A stretch of DNA of 63,865 nt, filler included, from Octopus bimaculoides (Eukaryota): assembly GCF_001194135.2 (NCBI RefSeq). It is 5 parts of 4 records of this genome, joined end to end, with 100 filler letters (N's around TTAATTAATTAA, not from the genome) between each part and the next. Parts side by side here need not be neighbours in the genome. Positions count along the whole stretch, not along the records: positions 1 to 26,357 come from NC_068982.1; positions 26,458 to 55,365 come from NC_068982.1; 3 more parts are not named here. One strand, written 5' to 3'. Positions 24,418 through 37,030 of this stretch are shown here, one piece after another. The translations under genes were made by a program, and so were the position numbers. Each line of letters starts with the position of its first letter. Position 1 is the stretch's first letter. The notes under the pieces are model-generated. The model saw only the letters and a list, made by a program, of their open reading frames with translations, ran no database searches and had not been told where the DNA came from.

Positions 24418-24652
24418 CTGCACGTAACATGGGAGAAAGGGATGGAAAGGGGGAGTGATAGGTCTAAATCATTTTAGTTAATGTTAGATATGTATTTTAA
24501 CTATTGATTCAAGGAAGTCAAGAAGTAAACGCTGGATCACTTCAACTACAATTTCTGTGTAATTTAGTTGGTATTATTTTAAATAGTTAGTTTAATTAAT
24601 GAGATTTGTTGAGTAAAGCCGGAACAAGGCGAGATGTAAACTATTATTATTA

Positions 24653-24863
24653 AGGCGGCGAGCAGGAAGAATCGTTAGCACGCTGGACGAAATGCTTAGC
24701 GGTATTTCGCCCGTCGCTCTGTTCTGAATTCAACTTCCGCCGAGGTTGACTTTGCATTTCATCCTTTCGGGATCGATAAAATAAGTACCATTTGAACACT
24801 AGGGTCGATGTAATCGACTCATCCCCTCCCCCAAAATTGCTGCTCTTGTGACAAAAATTTGAA

Positions 24864-24865
<2 letters not shown>
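24653..24865 (+). mobile_element. SINE family C, followed by (ATT)n
   Basis: aggcggcgagcaggaagaatcgttagcacgctggacgaaatgcttagcgg..gaaattattatt. Confidence 0.9.
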
Positions 24866-24922
<57 letters not shown>

Positions 24923-24925
24923 GGT

Positions 24926-25279
24926 GGTGGAGGCGAAATGGCCCAGTGGTTAGAGCAGCAGACTCACGGTCATAGGATCGCGGTTTCGATTCCTAGACCG
25001 GGCGTTGTGAGTGTTTATTGAGCGAAAACACCTAAAGCTCCACGAGGCTCCGGCAGGGGATGGTGGTGAACCCTGCTGTACTCTTTCACCACAACTTTCT
25101 CTCACTCTTACTTCCTGTTTCTGCTGCGCCTGAATATCCCCGAGAACTACGTTAAGGGTACACGTGTCTGTGGATTGATCAGCCACTTACACGTTAATTT
25201 CACGAGCAGGCTGTTCCGTTGTTCGGATCGACTGGAACCCTCGACGTCGTAAGCGACGGAGTGCCAACAACAACAACAA

Positions 25280-25280
<1 letters not shown>
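24926..25280 (+). mobile_element. tRNA-derived SINE family E with (CAA)n tail
   Basis: A-box-like tggcccagtggttagagc, B-box-like ggtttcgattcc, 3' end ..gcgacggagtgcc(aac)n. Confidence 0.8.
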
Positions 25281-25310
<30 letters not shown>

Positions 25311-25315
25311 GTTAT

Positions 25316-26205
25316 TTTCATTGGCATTTTCTTTCAATTCTGTTTCCATTTCTTGCCGAGTGTCTTTCTGACACCTACAGCAGAGAAACGTATTGTATAC
25401 ATTGGTAGGTCATTAAAACAAACACACCAGATTGTTCCTTTACAGAAACATGTAATAAAGAAAAAGGGGAAACAATAAAGAATAGAAAAGTAAACAAGTA
25501 AAGGTGTAAAAAGGGAAGAAAATTCACATCGACAATGCGCTTCTCAATGCGTGTGACGTACCAGTTAAGATAATCTTTTGCACTTCCTGCATGGATGGTA
25601 AGCCAGGGATCATTCTTAAATAATTTTCAGTTCCTTTTTTGATCATTCCAAGTGCTCCTACAATCACTGGTGAGAGAGCAGCGCATGCCATCTAAGTGAC
25701 ACTTGGGTACAAATATACGAAGCCCATTATACCCATCATGGCTACCCGTCTGATAAGAGTACACCGGGCACATGCATCACAGCTATATGTGCGCGACATT
25801 GTGATCTCATTACAAGATAAACAGCGCAGGTGGGACCCGGTTAGAATTTTCTTCAGGTCGAATAGCCATTCAAAAGGTTCCTGGATAATGTTTGTTTAAG
25901 GATGATGTATGAAACACCCATGTTTCCAGAGGTGAATTATACATACCTCCAAAAATTCCTCTCAACACATGGCTATGATGCCCCCCCCCCCGCCACTACT
26001 TCTGCTCGTGATCAGAAATGCACATATCGGCAGCGACTGAGGGACATGCTCAACTGATTTAGGTCAAGGAACTGACAAGCAAATCTGTGGAACTGAGCAG
26101 GATATTTGCTATAGCCCATCTTTTATACCAAAACAAAACATGTACATAATAACACTTCCAATCAGCTAAGATAAGAAGCCACTACCTGGTACTGTATCAG
26201 GGCAT
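25316..26205 (-). mobile_element. Bipartite non-autonomous R4/Dong-like element (~890 bp) between (TAA)n tracts
   Basis: 25670-25524 encodes PVIVGALGMIKKGTENYLRMIPGLPSMQEVQKIILTGTSHALRSALSM*. About 535 bp of non-coding sequence lies directly 5' of it. TAA repeats abut both ends. Confidence 0.75.
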
Positions 26206-26226
26206 ATTATTATTATTATTATTAAT

Positions 26227-26290
<64 letters not shown>

Positions 26291-26401
26291 ACACCACCAC
26301 CACCACCACCACCACCACCACCATCACCATCATCATCATCATCATCATCATCATCATNNNNNNNNNNNNNNNNNNNNNNNNNNNNNNNNNNNNNNNNNNN
26401 N

Positions 26402-26413
26402 TTAATTAATTAA
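26402..26413. other. Assembly spacer TTAATTAATTAA inside N runs (also at 55410, 60442, 62204)
   Basis: An identical palindromic 12-mer, giving stops in all six frames, appears isolated within four separate gaps. Confidence 0.9.
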
Positions 26414-26459
26414 NNNNNNNNNNNNNNNNNNNNNNNNNNNNNNNNNNNNNNNNNNNNTC

Positions 26460-26532
26460 CCCCCCCACAAAAGCTCTACTTTGTAATTTGTCCATTTTCT
26501 GTATTTAGCCCTGTGTGGCTATAATAAAAAGA
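26460..26532 (+). mobile_element. Tx1/L1-like LINE 3' stub
   Basis: Ends gccctgtgtggctataataaa, like 28395-28445 and the 61345 end. Confidence 0.5.
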
Positions 26533-26764
26533 TATCTATCTATCTATCTATACATACATACATACATACATACATACATAGTTTTGTATAATGATAAAAG
26601 ATTCTTACATACCTAGCTACAAGGAAGTGTCACATTATGCCTCCTATTTAATATATTAAGTGGCTAACTTTAATGGTAATTTCCGATATTTGTAAGGGGA
26701 TATCGGTAACGACAACAATAATAACAACAGCAACAACAGCAACAACAACAGCACCCACCACAGC

Positions 26765-26799
<35 letters not shown>

Positions 26800-26899
26800 C
26801 CACAGCAGGAACAACTGACCCAGCCTCAACATTTAACACTCCTTAATTCAACCACAATTGATGACCTACTTACTGAAACAGTCAACTTCTCAAAAAAAA

Positions 26900-27460
26900 A
26901 AAAACAGCAACAGACACAGCTTCAACCTACTACCATCCCAATTTGTGATCAACCAACAGAATGCTTACTTCAAGACCCCTTAATGAATTTGCCAAACACT
27001 AATGTAGAAAAATTAAAATCTATACCTCTCACAGCCTACACACGAAACCCCAAATTATGCTGCTATTCACTACGCAAGAGGCTGTGCACTGACACTGGTT
27101 GCATATTCACTCATTTACTAGGGACTAGATGCTCGATTGCTACTCACAACAGCCGCTACTATCAAAGTGCACAATCTAAAGCAACGCCACTACCTCCACT
27201 GCCATTACCCTCACCAAATACTAAATCATATTTGAAAAAAACCCACTCATGTTACACGGAACCCTAGGGTCTGTCGCTATTCCCAGCGTAATAGATTATG
27301 TCTACAGCATAATCGTCCATTTACCCATCTCGCGAGGACTCGTCGCACAAATAAAAATATAAACGGGGCCCTTAACCAATACAAAACCCACAACCACAAA
27401 CATATCCAGTTCTCCAAACAGAATTCGTTTTTTAGCCATAATGAACCTGCAAAATAACTA
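26900..27460 (+). mobile_element. Possible PLE linker/GIY-YIG remnant
   Basis: PLTAYTRNPKL..LRKRLCTDTGC and RLCLQHNRPFTHL loosely resemble the PLE linker and endonuclease; heavily degraded. Confidence 0.3.
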
Positions 27461-27489
27461 CATTATTTACAACAACGACATAGTAGATT

Positions 27490-28255
27490 TCATCAAACTT
27501 TCTACATTGAAAATCTTTGCAGATGATTCCAAACTCCAGAAAGCCATAAATGGCATGAGAGACCGAACATGCCTTCAGTCATATCTGTTTGCTCTTGTGC
27601 AATAGGTGGGGAAAATAATATGCTTTTAAATGAAGATAAGTTTGATTTGAAGTACTTTGGAAAAGAAGAAACTGAAATTGCCATATGCCCTTCCCTCGGG
27701 GGACTCTTTAGTGTCATCCAAGAGCACCAGAGATCTTGGAGTAATTGTTGATAATCTAAGCTGGATTTCCCACGTAAACAGGAAAGTTGACTTGGCCCGC
27801 AAGATATGCTCCTGGATTCTAAGAACTTTCCGGTCTAGAGATGCCTACACCATCATCCTTCTCTACTCTACTCTACTTTTGCTCGACTCCACCTTGAGTA
27901 CTGTTGCCCACTGCGGTCCCTCCATACGAAGCAACAAAAATCGAACTCGGTACACATAGCAACATTAATTAACAATTACTTTACCTCAAGCGGTGCAGCT
28001 CTCTTTAATACCATAACAAAATACGTGAAAACGGAAACGGATCCCTTAAATTTCAAATTTTCACTATACAAATTTCTTCAAAAAATACTGGACCAACTTC
28101 CTATACAAGAAATGTGTCCAACAATAATAACTCTTTGCTAGACTGGGCTATGGTGCCCCATATATGACTAAAAGACTTCACCAGGTGGTGCTATTGAGTT
28201 AGACATGGCCAGGGCCTATACTGGCCGAAACCTATCACAGTTATCAAAGTTATCA
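27490..28255 (+). mobile_element. CR1-clade LINE, RT motif C to 3' end, degraded
   Basis: STLKIFADDSKLQK (FADD at 27516-27527), NNMLLNEDKF, TRDLGVIVDNLSWISHVNRKV..SWILRTFRSRD, GAALFNTI..FKFSLYKFLQKILDQ..NNSLLDWA. Confidence 0.9.
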
Positions 28256-28287
28256 TATCTGTCTGTCTGTCTGTCTCTCTCTTTCGC

Positions 28288-28374
<87 letters not shown>

Positions 28375-28394
28375 AGCTATCTATCTATCTATTT

Positions 28395-28445
28395 ATTATG
28401 TATTTGTCCCATCTTCGTTGAGCCCTGTGTGGCTAATAAAAGAAA
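28395..28445 (+). mobile_element. Tx1/L1-like LINE 3' stub
   Basis: ..ttgagccctgtgtggctaataaaagaaat next to (CT)n/(CTAT)n. Confidence 0.5.
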
Positions 28446-28866
28446 TGTATCTATTTATTATGTCCTGGTAGGGTATAAAGATAGGCTAGTTCCAATGAAC
28501 CATATAGCTCAAGTTCTGGGTATCAACCCTGTCGGATTCCAGACTAATACCGAAATTCTTCAGGTGTAGAAAATCGTCGTTTTACGACATTTGCACCGTT
28601 GTAAGTTTAGCAAGGAGTAAAACATAATCCAATTCGTAAGAAAAGGAAATATTTTAACCCATCTTTAATGATCAGTTACAATTGCTTCTCTACCAACTCT
28701 GCATGAAACGCCAGTTTGCGCAAGAGAACGATGTGAGAGAAGATTACGTAAATTTTTACTCCGAAATTTTGCTTAAACTAGCGTTGTTAGCGGAGTTCGT
28801 ACAGAGAAAATTGTTGCTGATCGTTCAAGATGGGCTAATGTGTTGCTTTATTTAACAATTTGGATT

Positions 28867-28910
<44 letters not shown>

Positions 28911-29022
28911 NNNNNNNNNNNNNNNNNNNNNNNNNNNNNNNNNNNNNNNNNNNNNNNNNNNNNNNNNNNNNNNNNNNNNNNNNNNNNNNNNNNNNNNNNN
29001 NNNNNNNNNNNNNNNNNNNNNN

Positions 29023-29066
<44 letters not shown>

Positions 29067-29569
29067 TATTATACAAAGCTCGTTCACAGTTATTGGCTAC
29101 CTGATGTCATCATGCAGTGGATACGCACCTGCTACTAAATATACATCAGTATCTGCAGAGTTTATATAAATAATGATAAAAAATGGAATTAACGTCACTC
29201 CTTTTTTTTTAGAAAAAATGACTACAATTGTTTCCACACACTTTTACATCCGTAGTACATTGGTGAGATATTGCGTAATTATTATCAGGCATGATAATTA
29301 ATTACACAATATCTCAGCAATGTACTATCGCTCTAAGAAATGTGTCAGAACAATTGTAGTGATTTTAAATAAATAATGCCTTTCATTGAATTTTCTATCA
29401 TTTATCTGCTCTCCCACACACACACACATATGCACATATAAATATGTATGTGTGTACGTGTGTGTGTGTATGTGCAACCTCGGGTGCATGTGTAACAAGT
29501 CCCTTAGATTTTACTCCGCAGTTTATTTACACTCCCAAAATTTCACCGATATACCAACTTACACTGTAA

Positions 29570-29730
29570 TTGAGTAACGTTTACATCCCCGTAATATAGT
29601 GGTTCTGCAAAAGAGACCGATAGAATAAGTACCAGACTTTCAAACAACATAACTACTGGGAGCGATTTGATCAAATTTAAGGCAGCGCTCTGGCATTGTC
29701 GCAGTCTATTGACTGAAACAATAAAAAAAA
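29570..29730 (+). mobile_element. SINE family D, 3' half
   Basis: ccccgtaatatagtggttctgcaaaagagaccgatagaataagtacc..ttgactgaaacaataaaa. Confidence 0.75.
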
Positions 29731-30964
29731 TAATAAACAATATAATCTTAACATTCACGTGCAAAATTATTATCGTTAATTTTCTAGACCACCATCAATC
29801 TATGAGCAAGGCAACTAAAAAGCTATCGTATAAACTGTGTCTAACGTTAGAACTTATTATCGTATTAGCAAAACTGCTTTCTCATGTCAAGAAATGTTTT
29901 GTTTTTGTTTTTTGTTTTTTTCCAGTGTGTATTATATTCCATCCTGAAGATTGCTTGCTTTCTGAAGGTTTTCTCACGGCGTGGCTTACATGTCCTGAAA
30001 TACCTCATTGTCCATGAAGGGATCTTTACATAGTCATTCCGTAAAAAAATTTTATACATAACAACAAATCCCTTCAAAATGTAGTTCAAGTTAGGTCTCA
30101 AGAAAATACATAATAGTTCTGAGTCTGTAATTCCCTTAATCACCATGCTTAAATAGGGGGAAACACAACAGAAAAAGTACAAAATTGTCAAGACTTTCAA
30201 AACTACCTCTGTCTAAATTTTTATTCTGATCATGCAGTAAGGATGGATCCTCTACATTTTGCCGTCTCAGTGTAATTATTGTTGCATAACATGCTCTTTT
30301 AGATTTTATTCTTTATTCTTTGTTTAAACACTCACTGGCGTTTTGTTAAATGGACTCACAATCAGACTTTGCGTCATTATGAAGTCTCTTAATTTGTTTG
30401 ATTTATCGATCGTAAGAGAAGAAAAGCTGCGCTACACATAGCGACGTAAAAATATCAAGGTGGAGTCAATATTCTCACATTTTAATATAATCCGAAATTA
30501 TTTAACTAAAAATATTACACGAAAGTAGTTTAGCGTACAATTTCTGCCTAGCGATCGTGAAATTAGCAGACAGGGTTGACACATGTAAATGACCATGGAT
30601 CAGCATTAATAGTATTTCAAAGACAAAGCGTACAATAATAAATGGATTAATATCAGATGATGATTTCGTTTCAAAACAAAGCGTATGATTTCTAACACTT
30701 AATCTAACATTAAATAACGAAATATCTCCACAACATCTGTAACCAATCTACGAAGGATAGAGCCTCTGCATAGAGGTGCGGCCTGCTTATATATTTCACC
30801 CAACTTGCCACTACACATCATGTGACCTAATAAAAAGAAGGCGAAACATTTGATAAAATGACCCGTTAAATGACCTGACGATCTTGAGAGGAATGCTTTT
30901 GGCTGAACGATTTCCCCAATTGGGGTGCATCTACGAAAAAACAATCACAGCACCAAATGGAATA

Positions 30965-31182
30965 ATATTGGTTTCTAATTTTGACACAAGGCCAGTAATT
31001 TCAGGGGCGTGTGAAGGTCGATTACATCAACCCCCGTGATCAACTGATGCTAATGTAATCGACCTCGAAAGGATGAAAAGCAAAGCTGAACTCAGCGGGA
31101 TTTGAACTTGCAACGTGAAGACTGAAGAAATGGTGCCAGGAATTCCGCCTGGCGTTCTTATGATTCTGCCAGCTCGCCGCCT
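30965..31182 (-). mobile_element. SINE family C
   Basis: Reverse complement of family C; head ends ..ctgccagctcgccgcct. Confidence 0.8.
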
Positions 31183-31199
31183 TATTGGTTGTAATAATA

Positions 31200-31227
31200 T
31201 TCTTTTCTACTCTAGGCACAAGGACTG

Positions 31228-31258
<31 letters not shown>

Positions 31259-31478
31259 GGTGGGNNNNNNNNNNTTTTTTTTTTTTTTTTTTTTTTTTTT
31301 TTTGGTGGGGGCAGTCGATTAGATTGACCCAGTATGCAACTGGTACTTAATTTATCCACCTCGAAAGGATGAAAGGCAAAGTCAACCTCGGCGGAATTTT
31401 AACTCAGAACGTAACGGCAGACGAAATACCACTAAGCATTTCGCCCGGCGTGCTAACGTTTCTGTCAGCTCGCCGCCT
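31200..31478 (-). mobile_element. SINE family C (tandem copy with poly-T and N gap)
   Basis: ..aaggatgaaaggcaaagtcaacctcggcggaatt..gtcagctcgccgcct. Confidence 0.88.
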
Positions 31479-32504
31479 AAGTTTGTAATAATATTGATAT
31501 GTGAATTATCTTGCGTATCAGCCGATGCTTGTTAGATAACAAAAATAATATTAAGGCTGTGTAAAGTACGCACTTTACTTTCCGGGAAAAAGCGGTTTCT
31601 GATTTCTTATATTAGAGACCACTAAGTTTCTATGTCTTAGAATATTATTCTTGTGCATGAACATAAATGGTTATGAAATAACTATATCTCCGATATAACA
31701 GCACATCAATGAAATTCCTTAATATATAATTTAGAACTAATAGCTTACTATTACATCAGAGTATAAAAAAGAAAAAAGACATCAGAAAACAACGGGAAAA
31801 TGATATATCCTTGCGTATAAAAATGCTTACAGACTAATCATACTGATATATATCTCTTCATGTTCGCGTAAAAAAAAAACACGAAACAAGAGAATGACAG
31901 ACTAAAAAAGAAATCCTACCAATGTTTACTTTTCTTTACTTAGATTAGAAATATAAAATTCTTAAGTAGAGATTGTAAACTTTATAACAATCAGTTCAAG
32001 TAAATGTAGCGAAATTGAAGAACACTTGAAAAAAACCATACGCATTCCCAAAATACACATTAAATAAAGCATGTTCAGACACGATTATAAGTCAGCTGAA
32101 TCAAATACATAGGTCTTAGGAAGCGTTTATATGATCGGTGGACCTATCTAGAAATTATTGCAAAATCTCTCAAAAATTACACATAACAGTATTAAGTAAG
32201 GAAAGAACACATTGGTTCATGTATCCCTAGATACACATTCTTGAAAAGGTAAAATGAAACAGTTAAACCTAGCATATCTTTAATCAAATGTTTGTATGCT
32301 GTGTTCACTTGGTCCCAAGCAACAACAAATATTGAAAATGTCCTCTTCTTTAGCTCGTTAAGCGTTTGATACCATGAAATGACCTTACACTAACAAGATG
32401 TGTGTTTCGAAGGAAAAAATATTTTTTGAAGTTCGGATTTGGAAAGAGGCCAAATGTGCAACACACCAAATTTCTCATCACGATAGCGCAATTGTTACAC
32501 TAAC

Positions 32505-32557
<53 letters not shown>

Positions 32558-32646
32558 CGAGAGAGAGAGAGAGAGAGAGAGATTCAAGGCTTGAATATGG
32601 TACTTATGCGAAGGCACCCGAATATCGCATCCCAAAAGGATGGGTG

Positions 32647-32821
32647 ATTAAAATCAAACAATAAGCAACACGGATTTCAAAAGTGATTGCAGTACGCACG
32701 TTTCATGCTACTTCAATTTATTTAAGTAATGCGAGCATTACCTTAAATGCATTGAAGTAGCATGAAACGTGCGTACTGCAATCACTTTTGAAATCCGTGT
32801 TGCTTATTGTTTGATTTTAAT
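32647..32821. repeat. Long hairpin: perfect 71-bp inverted arms with a partly self-complementary 33-bp loop
   Basis: Left arm 32647-32717 is the exact reverse complement of 32751-32821. The loop contains atttaag-taatgc-ga-gcatta-c-cttaaat. Confidence 0.95.
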
Positions 32822-34520
32822 ATATATATATATATAGATATATATATATATATATGTTTGGGTTCCATCAGCCTAAAAGATATAAAGGCTGAGAGGTAGT
32901 CTAAAGTATCCACCTGGCTATAAAAGTTAGCCTATATTGGATATTACATATGCCTTTCATTTTTCTCCCACAAACACCGTAGTACTCTGAACACTTAGCC
33001 ATGTTTTATTGTTCCCTGATTCTTTGCTATTCTCTTCATTCCAACCTTGGTTGTGAGGTATGTGATAAACATTTCCACATTTCCTACAAAATACGCTTAT
33101 GAGCCCAACCACCTCACAACTGTCGACTCGAAACCATTCATTTGATGTTTGCATTGTCAAGGCACTCTCTCAATATCTTCCATTCATTTCTAGCGTAATC
33201 TTACGCTTTACTATGTCGTTCAAACTTTTCTGTAAACATATATTTCAGGATTTATGCAACATCGAGCAAAGCTGCATTGCACTTCTCCAGCATTGCAACA
33301 ATATTGTCTACTTAAGGTATGAAAGCTGCATTATCTCTGCTCTAACCAAACAATCAAGCAATATTTGATCTCTCTTTGCTTAAATACAAACAACACGCAA
33401 TTAAAATTAACCCCCCCCCCCACACACACACACAAATGGAAGGCCGGAAGATCACTCATGTTATCTTCTGAGATCCACAATGGATTGATACTACTATATC
33501 TCGGATACCGGTGTCGCTGCTCAAAATCACACCCCCTATAATGCTTCTAATTTCCTGCGAAATTCATAGACTCAATCTCTACTTCTTTACGACAAAAAAC
33601 AAAAAAGAAAAACAAAACAAAAATGCAAGCAACGTATGGCATTGTCGAGTCAATGCACATGTTTACTTCAGTTATAAAAGAGATCAGAATGTCTGAGAGA
33701 ACCTATTCAGTAGCTCTTATGTTACCTCGTTTCTGTTCCACTTCAGGTTTGCTTCTGTACAGAACACTTTAAAATAAAACAACGCAAGATATTCTACTTT
33801 CTACGAATAAGTATCAGATAATCTATTAATTTATTTACGTTATACTACAAAATGCTATTCAATGGTAGATTTATATCTATTCTGCTTCTCATCACAAATA
33901 AACCGGAACAAGATATTTCCTGTGTATACTCATCATGTGATTATTTTACAGGCTATTACAACTGAAATTTATAATTAAGTTGCTGCGTGCTTGATAAGAA
34001 ATGGAATGAAAAATCAAATAGATAAACAATATCAAGCAAAGAAATTGCTGAAAAAAATAACGTAATCATGTTCCTAAAACTGAAGCACAATGAGCAAAAT
34101 AAAACCTAACAGGAAAATCTATCCTGTGTGAAAACAAAACAAAAAAAAATAAAGCGACAGGGTAAACAGGAATAGAGAATAAATTCAAACAAGACATTTC
34201 AGGTAAGAGGCACTTGAAATAACATCTAAGTTAAGAAAAAATTGATAAAAATCAGTAAGGGAAGTAACTCTCTACGCAGAATAAAAATGTATATTCTAAT
34301 TTTTTTCTTTTTTTTTCATGAGAGATGACTTTATGATCTTTTAAGACACCCACTGAATAATCACGCAGAAAGCATTTAAGTTTGTAATTTGACTCTGTGA
34401 GGAAGCCAAGCCAATTCCAGTATTGTTTGTATGTTTGATCACGAATCTTCCCAAAATACACATAGATGCGCACGCGCAGACACATATATGCATACAGACG
34501 CGTGTGGGTGGGCATATACA

Positions 34521-34556
<36 letters not shown>

Positions 34557-35799
34557 TATANNNNNNNNNNNNNNNNNNNNNNNNNNNNNNNNNNNNNNNN
34601 NNNNNNNNNNNNNNNNNNNNNNNNNNNNNNATATAAGATTATACATATGTGTAGTTATGTATGCATTTTTTTAGTGTGGGATTGCTGGCTTATTTGCATT
34701 ACTCTTCCGGTATGTTTATTTTGATCTAGTTATTGTCCGTTTATTTTTCATATAGTGAAAACACTCACATCAATGCTACAAATCACACGATAGGATGAGC
34801 TATTTCATAGAATAATTTTAAAACAAATGTCGACGGCATATAATGTCATGTAGGTTTATGTTTATTTCTAGTGTGTTTAGTGTGGTTTTTGTGGTGGTTA
34901 ATGCCCGAAGAAAGATGTTGATATCGTGTGAACGTATCTCTTTATAATTGTGCATTTATTTCTGGGTTATTTCACTGTTTTATTTCTGATCAATAGAGGT
35001 ATAGTGTGTTCATGTTTGAATGTATTTGTTGAGTATGTGGGTGTGGTTAAGTTTTTTCTTAGAGTTTCATTGAATGTTTGTTACCAGCGTATTCACTATA
35101 TTGTCAAAATTAAAGACACACGTATGTAAGTATAAAAATGTATACGTAGACAGATACAAAGAATATAAACACACATACAAACGTACGTACACACAAAAAC
35201 ATATATATATGTATATATACATAACTTTTATTTGAAGTTACCATATTTAATAGCACGTTTTAGATCGATTTCTTTTTGCGAATGTAGATACACATATAAT
35301 GCAACCGAATCTGTTTTCCTGATATATTTTTTAGTCAGTCTGTTACTCTTAGCCGGTTTTGATGTTTACAGTAATGCAACAATTGAAGAAATGAATTCTT
35401 GCATGATCCAGAAAGATGTGGGTATCAATACTATGTCTCATAAAGTTGTTTTCGTTTTATATTCCTATTTATTTATTGACTGTGGTAGATGTCTGATAAT
35501 GTATGCAAAAAGTATACTAAGTTTACCATTGACTCAAAATAACCCGTACTTCGTGCCAATGCGGAAAGTCTTTAAGCAGTTTCTCCCTGTGATATAGATA
35601 GCAGTCTAACCGCACTCAAATCACCTTATCGCCTTAAACCATAAAAAAAATTAATCTGAAATGTAAAGAAATATCTGTGAAGTCATATAGAGCTGATATG
35701 GGGTTAAACAAAAACCACTACAATCTGCATTACTGCCCAAGACAGCTTTTGCATGACAATTTATATAACATTCCTAGGTATACAAGAAAAGAGCACTGC

Positions 35800-36230
35800 A
35801 TACAGTTGCTCAACAAGAAAGATTATCAAGAAAGTATCCTTGACAATCTTTTACCAAATTGTACCCAGAGATTTTTCTTGTCACTTGGCGTAATATTCCT
35901 ATTTCGCTATATCACCGCTCTTATCAGCTTTCTAATTTGTATATTGATTTCTCCATTTGTTATCATGAAATCTGTTACTCAATTCGTATATTGTATAACA
36001 TAAGTCTGCTGAAAACTCCATTTGTTCCTCATCGCATTGTAACTTTTGTTTCACCTTTCAATTAAATACATTGTTAGAATTATTTTCTCATAGCTGCAGC
36101 TATCCTTCTGAAATTCTATTCTGGCCGATCTATTTGTTAATCTATCTAAATTACAAATCAAAATAAATATTGTGTTGTGATATCTAGCAAATTTCTTTGT
36201 CCCTCTGTACATTAGTACCTCAACCTACCA
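35800..36230 (-). mobile_element. Possible PLE ORF N-terminal region, heavily degraded
   Basis: Minus-strand remnants TEGQRNLLDI and IQIR/KADKSGDIAK*EYYAK resemble PLE L(S/T)..E..LL and I.KADKG..V....Y..K motifs. Confidence 0.35.
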
Positions 36231-36353
36231 CCAACTAAATCAATTTAACGAAGCTGGCTAATTTTAAAACAATGTTACCAAAACCATTCCTTTTTAATTG
36301 GTGTTTAACTAGACACCGTAATCAACCCATTTCAAGAATATATTTCATTAAAA

Positions 36354-36979
36354 TGCAGATATTTATTATTGCTTGTTTTCACTTTTTTGAGATCAGTGAC
36401 TTTTCGTCACTGGAAAAAGTATATATACATTTGCATTGAGAATCATTTCCCATCGCCAACCGGTAGTTGACACACTCTGATGACGGGTCAATACCCAGAA
36501 ACTAGGGTCCGTGTGTATCACGTCAGGCTAGAGATGGGAACGATGACTTCCCTTTGCAAATACTGATAGGGTACGGATAGTGTGTCAGTAGCCAGCTGGA
36601 GGAGATGTCTTACTGGGGCTACAAGCTACAGTAGCATTAACCCTTGAGGGTTAAACACATTTAGGTGGCAAATATACTTCACGATATAGTGCAGCTATTG
36701 TTTATACCTCGCTCAGAGATTTCTTATTGCTTGTTTCCACTTTTTCGAGATCAGTGATTTTCGTCACTGGACAAAGTATATATATGCATTGAGAATCATT
36801 TCCCATTGTCAACCGATGGTTGGTACAGTTGATGACGGGTCAATACCCAGAAATTCGGGTCCGTGTGTATCACGTCACGCTGCAAATAGTGATAGGGCAC
36901 AGATAGTTTATCAATAGCCAGCTGGAGGAAGTGTCTTCCTGGGGCTACAAGCTACAGTAGCATCAACCCTTAAGGGTTA

Positions 36980-36980
<1 letters not shown>
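36354..36980 (+). ncRNA. Tandem ~352-bp dimer, each unit carrying a type I hammerhead-ribozyme motif
   Basis: Unit 1 HHR at 36470-36516: acacac-t-CTGATGA-c-GGGT(caat)ACCC-a-GAAAC(tagg)GTC-c-gtgtgt. Unit 2 HHR core starts at 36829. The units align over ~270 bp; unit 2 has a ~25-nt deletion. Confidence 0.7.

Positions 36981-37030
<50 letters not shown>

Noticed and set aside
28206-28232. GGCC..GGCC-GAAAC hairpin as a hammerhead
   Set aside because: No CTGANGA upstream; better explained as the CR1 3' UTR stem-loop.
33050-33120. let-7-seed-like TGAGGTA in a hairpin
   Set aside because: Only a 10-bp stem pairs, the interior does not, and the rest of the sequence is unlike let-7.
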